Source: a virus
Lineage: Duplodnaviria; Caudoviricetes
Strand: one strand, 5' to 3'
Length of the DNA: 64,000 bases
IMG/VR virus record: IMGVR_UViG_3300021376_000006
Position numbers and translations under genes: made by a program. Positions 18,404 to 25,044 of the stretch are shown in pieces. The notes under the pieces were generated by a model. It was not told where the DNA came from. It did not search any database and saw only the letters and a program-made list of their open reading frames with translations. Positions within the stretch are counted from its first letter, which is position 1, and each line of letters starts with the position of its first letter.

Positions 18404-18490
18404 TGGTGGGTGCTGATGGTAACGCTCCACGTGCCTTGACTTCCGTACCTTTAGCAATGGTTTTACAGACCACCGTACGGGGCAACACCC
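18404..18490 (-). tRNA. Atypical tRNA-like RNA, anticodon GTA, 8-bp acceptor, reduced D-arm
   Basis: GGGTGTTG/CAGCACCC-A-CCA; loop CTGTAAA; T-arm GTGG-AGCGTTA-CCAT. Confidence 0.65.
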
Positions 18491-18499
18491 ATTTAACAT

Positions 18500-18575
18500 T
18501 GGTGGAGATGACAGGACTCGAACCCGCTACCTATTGCTTGCAAAGCAACCGCTCTCCCAGCTGAGCTACATCCCC
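18500..18575 (-). tRNA. tRNA-Ala (TGC)
   Basis: GGGGATG acceptor with G3:U70, loop TTTGCAA, CCA. Confidence 0.95.
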
Positions 18576-20083
18576 AATATATATTTTCTACATTCTTCAA
18601 GTTCGGGTATATAATCACCCAACTTGCTGTTTCTTGCATGATCTAAAGCATCATTATACAAGAAAAAGTTTTTAAGTGCAACCAAATCGCACTCGGGTTT
18701 TTTGCTGTAATAATCGTATAATGAATCTATGGCTGTCTTATTTGATTTGCCATCTGTGTAATACGTTTTGGTTTGTTGACACTTGTTCATAGATTCAACT
18801 ACCATGTCATGATTGGGATGATTATACGCAGACTGAAAACCCACATGATTGATTTGCAAATAAATTCCAGCATGTGGAAATTCTTGGTCCAAGAATTCAA
18901 ATAACAAATGCAAATTTGTCACATTGTATATTCCTGGAACACAATTAATAGAAATAGTATGTCCATGTGATTCCAACAATTTGGTATTAGCAATCACAGT
19001 ATCCCAATCAGTACCCCAACGCCAATAATCATTGACTTGACCGTAGCCATCTAAACTGACACTGAAATTTAAATTTGTAAAGTGATTGGCCAAGGTCAAA
19101 AACTTTTTAGAAATTTTCACTGCATTTGTGCCCAAAGTAAAATCAAAATCAGTTTTACCTGCGTCAATACATTTCTGCATAAATTCATACACTTCGGGTA
19201 TTACAGTAGGTTCGCCTCCAGTAAGATATACTCTAACTTTTGGATTTAGAGTTTCTATGTCAATTCTGTCTAATTTGGAATACTTAAAGGTTTGCTCGCC
19301 TGGAAAAACTATATTAAATTTTTTAAATTCTCTATCAATCAAATGACTGTGTTCAGGTCTGCAACCGCGGCACATGATGTTACACTTGTTGCTCAATCTA
19401 ATTTCATAATAATACGGCTGTGTAATCTTCTCTAAATCTTCATAGGAATTTATATCCAGTTTTGCCAACCATTCTTTGGTTTCAAACTGCCTATAGCTTT
19501 CAATATTTTTGTCTTCGTAATAATAACAAGTCTCACAATTACTTTCTAATCTTTCTCCGCGAAGCATCTTTTCGCGCACTGCGACAAAATTAGGATCAGA
19601 TTTCCAATCAGTAAATTTGTCCCATGTGGTTACATGATCTCGCCCTCTTGAGCAGGTCAACATATAACCACTCTCTTCGGTAATTGCTATCCAAGGATAG
19701 ATACAAAAACTTTTGTTGTTTTCTATGCTGTTGAAAAATTCTAAAAAGTTTTTGACATTTTTGTTATTTCTAAAACTGGTATTATGACCCAATTTTTCTA
19801 ATTCCAACATAACCTTGTATGAAGATAGCAGCGGCTTCCAATGTGGCCATTGTTGTTTGGGTTGATCTAACAACACAATCAAATCAAATTGTTTTGCAAC
19901 GCTGACGATTTGTCCAAAAGACAAATCTAAAATACTGGTATGATAATACCCAGGTTCGGTTATTAAATCGTCGCTGGCGATCAGCCCGTTGTTTATACAC
20001 TTGTTTTGTTTGGCTAGAATTGTAGTTTTTTTATCTGTGTCATCAGAGTTAGTTCCGATGCACAATATTTTTTGATCAAACAT
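18566..20083 (-). CDS. Radical SAM protein with SPASM/twitch-like Cys cluster
   Basis: CNIMCRGC (CxxxCxxC), YLTGGEP, SVSLDG; upstream FCIYPW...C...CxxC. Confidence 0.88.
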   Translation of the reverse strand: MFDQKILCIGTNSDDTDKKTTILAKQNKCINNGLIASDDLITEPGYYHTSILDLSFGQIVSVAKQFDLIVLLDQPKQQWPHWKPLLSSYKVMLELEKLGHNTSFRNNKNVKNFLEFFNSIENNKSFCIYPWIAITEESGYMLTCSRGRDHVTTWDKFTDWKSDPNFVAVREKMLRGERLESNCETCYYYEDKNIESYRQFETKEWLAKLDINSYEDLEKITQPYYYEIRLSNKCNIMCRGCRPEHSHLIDREFKKFNIVFPGEQTFKYSKLDRIDIETLNPKVRVYLTGGEPTVIPEVYEFMQKCIDAGKTDFDFTLGTNAVKISKKFLTLANHFTNLNFSVSLDGYGQVNDYWRWGTDWDTVIANTKLLESHGHTISINCVPGIYNVTNLHLLFEFLDQEFPHAGIYLQINHVGFQSAYNHPNHDMVVESMNKCQQTKTYYTDGKSNKTAIDSLYDYYSKKPECDLVALKNFFLYNDALDHARNSKLGDYIPELEECRKYILGM

Positions 20084-20355
20084 TAATTTCCTAAATCTTT
20101 CGCATCAACACAAGTTCCGCCTTTAAAAACATATATGTCGGAATCTATGCGTATTTGTTCGAACACATGATTGTTTACACAGATATATGGATCCTTATGA
20201 TTTTCCATATAATAAAACGCACCATATCCTATACCCGCTAATACCATTAGTACGGGGATATATTTTAAATACTTCACAACTTCAGGCATAGCGCCTAAAA
20301 TTTGTGGCAAAAATTTGAGCAGGTCTTTCATGCTAGTATTTATTGGCACACCCAA
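20083..20355 (-). CDS. Small membrane protein
   Basis: One TM helix, two Cys in C-terminal part. Confidence 0.6.
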   Translation of the reverse strand: MGVPINTSMKDLLKFLPQILGAMPEVVKYLKYIPVLMVLAGIGYGAFYYMENHKDPYICVNNHVFEQIRIDSDIYVFKGGTCVDAKDLGN

Positions 20356-20419
20356 CCGGATTCGAACCGGTGTCGCCGCCGTGAAAGGGCGATGTCCTAG
20401 GCCTCTAGACGATGGGTGC
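20344..20419 (-). tRNA. tRNA-Glu (TTC)
   Basis: Loop CTTTCAC, CCA. Confidence 0.95.
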
Positions 20420-20421
20420 CT

Positions 20422-20583
20422 TTATTTTACTGCTCTACATTCTACTTGGATACGACTGTTTACTGCTCGTAATCTACGATCCCATGCCTGAGCAGATTCT
20501 GAAGATTTTTGCTGGGTGGCAAATTTTTCGTACACGGTAAAGTTTTCAGGGACTTGTATCCAGAATGCCAATATCCAAGGCAT
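20422..20583 (-). CDS. Small protein of two-Cys family (first Cys lost); start reassigned to MPWIL
   Basis: AGGAG RBS; hydrophobic N-term, FATQQKS...VEC. Confidence 0.55.
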   Translation of the reverse strand: MPWILAFWIQVPENFTVYEKFATQQKSSESAQAWDRRLRAVNSRIQVECRAVK

Positions 20584-20598
20584 AACAATCTCCTGTGA

Positions 20599-20673
20599 TG
20601 GTGCCTCTGGATGGAATCGAACCACCATCACAAGTTTCGTAGACTCGTATCCTATCCGTTGAACGACAGAGGC
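20599..20673 (-). tRNA. tRNA-Arg (ACG)
   Basis: Loop CTACGAA, CCA. Confidence 0.95.
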
Positions 20674-20675
20674 TG

Positions 20676-20834
20676 TATATTAGTAAGTGCTATAGGACCA
20701 ATTTAGACGTCCGGTGCTTCCGTGTCATAGCGTACAGTCGGTTATATCAGGACCTGTCCCACGCCGGTTAGGCCCGCATAGTGGCAGCGTCCTGCCACGA
20801 TACCCGCTTTTCATCTATAACACTTACTAATATA
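20676..20834 (-). ncRNA. Stem-clamped candidate ncRNA cassette
   Basis: 20-bp terminal inverted repeat (20676-20695/20815-20834); the only mismatch is G-U on the minus strand; GC-rich core. Confidence 0.6.
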
Positions 20835-21027
20835 TGCTTAGGCCACGCTTTTCCACGGTCGCCCCCAAGCTGGAGTTGTTGCCCTGTCCTTCCTGTTTAT
20901 TCTTCTGTCTGTGTGCAGTTAGGATTATGCCTATCAGAGTCTGAGGGCTTGCCTCGCTAACGGTCTTCTGCCACCGGATCTCTCTCGCTAATCAAACGCC
21001 ACTTTCAGGAAAGTGGTAACCGGAACC
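20835..21027 (-). ncRNA. Candidate structured ncRNA
   Basis: GC-rich, CCACTTTCCTGAAAGTGG hairpin; shares GGCAAGCCCTC and GGAAAAGCG with 15330-15500. Confidence 0.45.
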
Positions 21028-21291
21028 TTAACGAGCCCAAACAAGTGCAAACGCAACTGCTAGTCCGTTGTTAGCAAATCTATAAGTATCGCCTGAATCA
21101 AAATAATCATTGCCGCAGCGATATCCGTGATCCGAAAACCATTTTACAATAGCTTTATCTCTTTCTAACATTTTGTCGCGAACTTTTTATCTTGGAGCAC
21201 CAAATTCTGCTTCTTCTGCTTCCTTGACTAGATCAGCAAAAAATGGTTCACGATCTAACAAAACATTCAAATGAGGATATACTTGTTTCAC
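21028..21291 (-). pseudogene. 87-codon ORF with one in-frame TAA (21187-21189)
   Basis: GGAG RBS + GTG; MKQVYP...FGAPR*KVRDKMLERDK...YRFANNGLAVAFALVWAR. Confidence 0.5.
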
Positions 21292-21320
21292 GTGTACTCC
21301 TTGATCTACTATACGCAACT

Positions 21321-21444
21321 TTTATGAAACCGGAAATCAAATGCTAACAAGGAATTGCCTGTTACATGATACCGAAGGCAGTGCTGTATCAAACCCTTGC
21401 TTAACTCTATACAGAGACAGAACGCACATTTTCTGTTTTATAAA
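21321..21444 (-). ncRNA. Stem-clamped candidate ncRNA cassette
   Basis: TTTATGAAAC ... GTTTTATAAA, 9/10 inverted repeat. Confidence 0.35.
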
Positions 21445-21448
21445 CTGA

Positions 21449-21552
21449 TTATTTGTTAGTTGGTGCCCCTCAGTATCACCACCTTCCTAGGTTCCCGTGC
21501 GGGCTAGTTTGAGGTCAGTTATGTCTCACGAACAAGGTCGAATAACAAATAA
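21449..21552 (-). ncRNA. Stem-clamped candidate ncRNA cassette with internal ...GAGGGGCACCA
   Basis: Perfect 10-bp TTATTTGTTA/TAACAAATAA clamp. Confidence 0.45.
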
Positions 21553-21587
21553 AATTGTATAGTAGCACACTACTTCTTTTTGGTCTA

Positions 21588-21673
21588 CCATATTGAAACA
21601 CACTACCCTAGACAGCTACTTTGGGGCGGGCTGGCCGATACCGGGACACCGCTCGAAGTGTGCTTTAATATGG
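21588..21673 (-). ncRNA. Stem-clamped candidate ncRNA cassette fused to the CCA of tRNA-Leu
   Basis: CCATATTAAAGCACAC/GTGTGTTTCAATATGG 16-bp stem, GC-rich core. Confidence 0.55.
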
Positions 21674-21751
21674 TGCCCCAGGACGGACTCGAACCGTCAC
21701 CCGAAGACTGGCTTCTAAGACCAGCGTGTCTACCAGTTCCACCACCGGGGC
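21671..21751 (-). tRNA. tRNA-Leu (TAG)
   Basis: Loop CTTAGAA, variable arm, CCA. Confidence 0.93.
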
Positions 21752-21873
21752 ATTTGTTGTTAAATTTTTAATGATCGTTTACTGCACTATTTCATTATTA
21801 TACTTAATTGTTCTTTTTTGGTCAACTGTTTTATTATTGTTGCACAAATAGCAACTGTTGCTATTTTGTTAAC

Positions 21874-21948
21874 TGGTAGAAGCGGAGAGAGTTGAACCCG
21901 CACTGTACACCGTATGAAGGTGCTGCACTACCGTTATGCTACGCTTCC
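21874..21948 (-). tRNA. tRNA-Met elongator (CAT)
   Basis: Loop TTCATAC, CCA. Confidence 0.85.
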
Positions 21949-21949
21949 G

Positions 21950-22023
21950 TGATACCCGGAGGTGGGAACGATCCACTGTCGGTCGATTATCAATCGACTG
22001 CTCTACCACTGAGATATCCGGGT
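21950..22023 (-). tRNA. tRNA-Ile (GAT), encoded 3' end TCA
   Basis: Loop TTGATAA, variant T-loop ATCGTTC. Confidence 0.85.
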
Positions 22024-22033
22024 ATACAAACTT

Positions 22034-22108
22034 TGGCCGGTCCTGACAGATTCGAACTGCCGACAGCTGGTTTCGAAGACCAGAACTCTTCCACTGAGCT
22101 AAGGACCG
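22034..22108 (-). tRNA. tRNA-Arg (TCG)
   Basis: Loop CTTCGAA, CCA. Confidence 0.92.
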
Positions 22109-22875
22109 TATAAAAAATTGTTTACTCGTGCTGCAATATTTTTTTGAGTATTTTTCTTTGGTTCTGCTAACTCTGCGCCAAAATCAAGATTACGGTCATC
22201 AACTGTGTAAGTTTTGCGTAAATCTGTACAATCAATGTATTCATTAAGAAAATTCTCAAACTCAACATGATTGTTTTCACGGCACTGCCCAAATCTCACA
22301 ACAGCATAATCAATATTGTAGTTCTTTAATATTTTAATCAACAACTTAAAACTACGTCTATGAAACCGTGCATGCCACTTTCTGTCACGCAAAAAAGTTT
22401 TTTGCAGTGTTTCTTGTCTCAGTTTTTCTAGTGTTGGGTCTGAATTTGTCACGGTCAATGATTCAAAGTGATGTTTACGTCCTTGATACATTACAGAATA
22501 CGATAAGTGTGAAAATTCATAATCTGTAACTAATACTAAATCAGGCCTATTGTTAATTCTTAACCAATTAATCAATCTTCTACAATGACCAAAAAAATGT
22601 GCGCCGTTAAAAGATAAATTTGTTACATACCCGTTTATCATACTAGGCCAAGCCAATGACATTTCTTTGTGACGTACAAATTTCCATGCTTTAGATTCAA
22701 GAGAATCCAAATGTCCAACAAAATCATTTTGTTTTAAGCACCATTGTAGTGCAGGTTTAATTTGTTTATGATATCTTAAACTGAAAGTTCTAGGTTGTGT
22801 GTCGCCCATAATTTCATCAGACAAACAGTTATTGCCATTACTTTGGCAATCACCTAGTATCAAAATAGTTTTCAT
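22099..22875 (-). CDS. Hypothetical protein, weak SGNH-like N-terminus
   Basis: ILILGDCQSNG; late promoter TATAAATA at 22883-22890. Confidence 0.6.
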   Translation of the reverse strand: MKTILILGDCQSNGNNCLSDEIMGDTQPRTFSLRYHKQIKPALQWCLKQNDFVGHLDSLESKAWKFVRHKEMSLAWPSMINGYVTNLSFNGAHFFGHCRRLINWLRINNRPDLVLVTDYEFSHLSYSVMYQGRKHHFESLTVTNSDPTLEKLRQETLQKTFLRDRKWHARFHRRSFKLLIKILKNYNIDYAVVRFGQCRENNHVEFENFLNEYIDCTDLRKTYTVDDRNLDFGAELAEPKKNTQKNIAARVNNFLYGP

Positions 22876-22921
22876 GATTGAATATTTATAGAAATGTTAA
22901 ATTGCGCCAATAAATATCATC

Positions 22922-23437
22922 ATGTATTACACCAAAGTTCATATTGATAATCTTGAACAACTTCAACAATCAATATTAGATAAATTACCACCAGAAGCAC
23001 TGACTACTCATGGAGTTCTGCCAATGTGGTCTCAGCAGCTGATGCAGTTTGATGAGATAAAAAACATTATTCAAGAACTTGGTCTTGAATCTACTGCTTA
23101 CTGCGTTTGTATTGTCACAATGCAGCCTTGGTCAGAATTTCCAGTCCACATAGACAGCGGAAAAAGCCAGGCAGCGTTAAACATTCCTTTAGCAAATTGC
23201 AATAATACATTTACTCATTGGTACCAAAGTACACAGCCATTGATAGAATATCAACATCACGGTGATGGCAAATATTTAGGTGCTGATAAAAATCTATGCA
23301 CCAGAGTTGCTAGTTTAGAAATGACTGAACCTCATTTTATCAATATTGGTGCTTTACATAATGTTGATAACCCTAATAACAGTTGGCGTATACTTTTATC
23401 AATACGTCTTACCGATTACAACTTTAATTCACAATAA
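22922..23437 (+). CDS. 2OG-Fe(II)/cupin-type oxygenase (Asp/Asn hydroxylase-like)
   Basis: PVHIDSG, ALNIPL, LHNVDN, WRILLSIR; AATAAATA at 22909-22916. Confidence 0.65.
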   Translation: MYYTKVHIDNLEQLQQSILDKLPPEALTTHGVLPMWSQQLMQFDEIKNIIQELGLESTAYCVCIVTMQPWSEFPVHIDSGKSQAALNIPLANCNNTFTHWYQSTQPLIEYQHHGDGKYLGADKNLCTRVASLEMTEPHFINIGALHNVDNPNNSWRILLSIRLTDYNFNSQ

Positions 23438-23442
23438 TTTTG

Positions 23443-23518
23443 TGGTGCCAACTCTTGGGATCGAACCAGGTTCCATGCGTCTTCAGCGCACCGCAATGAC
23501 CACATTTGCTAAGTTGGC
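23443..23518 (-). tRNA. tRNA-Phe (GAA)
   Basis: Loop CTGAAGA, CCA. Confidence 0.92.
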
Positions 23519-23519
23519 T

Positions 23520-23594
23520 TGGGGTATCCGACCGGGATCGAACCGGTAATACAAGATCCACAATCTTGGGTGTTACCTCTACACTACGGACACC
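23520..23594 (-). tRNA. tRNA-His (GTG)
   Basis: Loop TTGTGGA, G-1:C73, CCA. Confidence 0.93.
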
Positions 23595-23600
23595 ATTTAA

Positions 23601-23675
23601 TGGTAGGGGATGAGGGATTCGAACCCCCGAATGACGGAATCAAAATCCGCTGTCTTACCACTTGACGAATCCCCA
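23601..23675 (-). tRNA. tRNA-Gln (TTG)
   Basis: Loop TTTTGAT, CCA. Confidence 0.93.
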
Positions 23676-23676
23676 A

Positions 23677-23826
23677 TTAACTTGGTATTACTTTTGGAAT
23701 GTATGGTACGTTCCTGGGCCCATGGCGCTGTTCAAACAACACGCGAGCTTCTTGCAAATCCTTTGCGTACACACGATCTTTAGTGTCACCTTGCGGTGTT
23801 CTTACTGTAGTTTCATACATTGGCAT
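23677..23826 (-). CDS. Hypothetical protein (49 aa, not in track)
   Basis: AAGGAG RBS; MPMYETTVRTPQGDTKDRVYAKDLQEARVLFEQRHG. Confidence 0.65.
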   Translation of the reverse strand: MPMYETTVRTPQGDTKDRVYAKDLQEARVLFEQRHGPRNVPYIPKVIPS

Positions 23827-23923
23827 ATCAATCTCCTTCAATCATATAGAAACACACTCAATACTATTATACGCCTGTGCCGTTTGAGTAAGCCATTAAT
23901 GTATAAGCGAATTTGTTTTCGTA

Positions 23924-23998
23924 TGGTAGGGGCACCAGGACTCGAACCTGGATAGATCGGTTAAAAGCCGACTATTCTAGCCTTTGAATTATACCCCC
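23924..23998 (-). tRNA. tRNA-Lys (TTT)
   Basis: Loop CTTTTAA, CCA. Confidence 0.95.
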
Positions 23999-24207
23999 AT
24001 TCTTACACCGTACAGTTGCCACATCATCGCTGCGAGCCGATGCTTGTTTTAAAATGTATAACCGTATCTTAATAAACCTATCTTATCACTCTTGTCACTA
24101 TCCATAACAGGATCTCCTATTTAAAATTTCTTTCTAACCACACCAACATACCAATAATGAATAATAATACAGTCACAGCCCCATTTTAGTCAACCTTTCA
24201 TAGTTAG

Positions 24208-24281
24208 TGGAGCGGGTAGCGAGAATCGAACTCGCAAATAATCCTTGGCAAGGATTCAGGTTACCTTTACATCATACCCGC
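24208..24281 (-). tRNA. tRNA-Gly (GCC)
   Basis: Loop TTGCCAA, CCA. Confidence 0.95.
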
Positions 24282-24287
24282 TCGGTT

Positions 24288-24382
24288 TGGTAGTAGGCCA
24301 GGGATTCGAACCCTGTCGTTCCAGCCCATCTGACCAGTCTCCACGGTTTATAAGTCCGCGCCGCATACCAATGCTGCCTACC
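24288..24382 (-). tRNA. Atypical tRNA, anticodon TAT (Ile), 4-nt D-loop, long variable arm
   Basis: GGTAGGC/GCCTACT-A-CCA; D-arm GCAT-TGGT-ATGC; loop CTTATAA; CAGGG-TTCGAAT-CCCTG. Confidence 0.75.
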
Positions 24383-24393
24383 ATAAAAATAGC

Positions 24394-24458
24394 GCATCCT
24401 TGTTCCTAAAATTATTAGGTAGGAATAGTTTACAAGACCTTCTGTTCATCAAGGATGC
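24394..24458 (-). ncRNA. Stem-clamped candidate cassette
   Basis: GCATCCTTG/CAAGGATGC 9-bp clamp with inner TTCCTA/TAGGAA hairpin. Confidence 0.35.
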
Positions 24459-24541
24459 ATGATAAAACACATTCTTGGGTGCCCGTAAAGACCATACCCA
24501 TGGCCTCGAGCGCCATTATGTGTTTGAATGTGCTTTATCAT
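24459..24541 (-). ncRNA. Stem-clamped candidate ncRNA cassette
   Basis: ATGATAAAGCACATTC/GAATGTGTTTTATCAT 16 bp with one G-U; clamp resembles 21588-21673. Confidence 0.55.
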
Positions 24542-24639
24542 TCCTATTTTACTCCTGCGTTTTCGCCGACAGTTTCATCCAGGGCTCCGCCCGTTTGGCA
24601 AGTTATAGTGTTGCCGCAGCCTCGTTCCGCATCACACTT

Positions 24640-24804
24640 TTAGCGTCGTTCAGTTAGACGTCGCATTCGTTCTGCATCTTCATTTTGTTGACGCAGCCTT
24701 TCAATTTTACCTTTAACTAATTGTTCAAGCAATCTATCGTTAAAAACAAAATTACGCTCTTCTAACTTTTTTTGAAACGACACGATTTCTTTTTTGTTCG
24801 TCAT
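24640..24804 (-). CDS. Basic coiled-coil peptide (54 aa, not in track), first ORF after the attenuator
   Basis: AAGGA RBS; MTNKKEIVSFQKKLEERNFVFNDRLLEQLVKGKIERLRQQNEDAERMRRLTERR. Confidence 0.6.
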   Translation of the reverse strand: MTNKKEIVSFQKKLEERNFVFNDRLLEQLVKGKIERLRQQNEDAERMRRLTERR

Positions 24805-24811
24805 CGGTTCC

Positions 24812-24852
24812 TTTATAAAACAAAACCCCAGGGTGTGTAGTCCTGGGGTTTT
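24812..24852 (-). terminator. Intrinsic terminator (attenuator 3:4 hairpin) upstream of the tRNA array
   Basis: AAAACCCCAGG-ACTACACAC-CCTGGGGTTTT-GTTTT. Confidence 0.85.
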
Positions 24853-24874
24853 ATAGAATTTGGTTAATTAAAAC

Positions 24875-24997
24875 TTAGGTTCTATAATCCCCCAGGACAC
24901 GATTACTAATATCGCGTGTAATCATACCCCAGTAGGCGGTTAGCCCACATTCGGGTTGTGATATAAACGATTTACATAATAGTGCTGAAATCATCAT
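24875..24997 (-). CDS. Putative 40-aa attenuation leader peptide
   Basis: MMISALLCKSFISQPECGLTAYWGMITRDISNRVLGDYRT; 3' end holds GTCCTGGGG, complementary to the terminator 5' arm. Confidence 0.65.
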   Translation of the reverse strand: MMISALLCKSFISQPECGLTAYWGMITRDISNRVLGDYRT

Positions 24998-25004
24998 AGT
25001 CTCT

Positions 25005-25033
25005 ATACTACATTTATTTATAATTGTTGTCAA
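25005..25033 (-). promoter_or_regulatory. Sigma70 promoter (with embedded TATAAATA) driving leader/tRNA array
   Basis: TTGACA-17bp-TAGTAT, 7 nt before the leader ATG; spacer contains TATAAATA. Confidence 0.75.
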
Positions 25034-25044
25034 CCTGTAAAATG

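Noticed and set aside
18566-20083. Radical SAM as PqqE partner of pqqA (or ferritin-like 25045 as PqqC)
   Set aside because: Architecture differs from PqqE (extra N-terminal domain, Cys cluster before the rSAM core, no PqqE-type motifs), there is no PqqD, and the ferritin-like protein lacks recognisable PqqC motifs.
20676-21030. Hammerhead, twister or pistol ribozyme, SRP RNA, RNase P RNA or group I intron
   Set aside because: Core consensus motifs (CUGAUGA/GAAA, GGAAG-AGCAG loop, GAGGAAAGUCC, P7 elements) were not found by eye; left as unassigned ncRNA candidates.
24050-24180. Tiny ORFs between tRNA-Lys and tRNA-Gly (MDSDKSDKIG...)
   Set aside because: About 18 codons with no recognisable motif; cannot be supported.
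24420-24445. Possible tRNA-Thr (loop CTTGTAA) inside the 24394-24458 cassette
   Set aside because: Only about 3 bp of anticodon stem, with no T-loop and no CCA.
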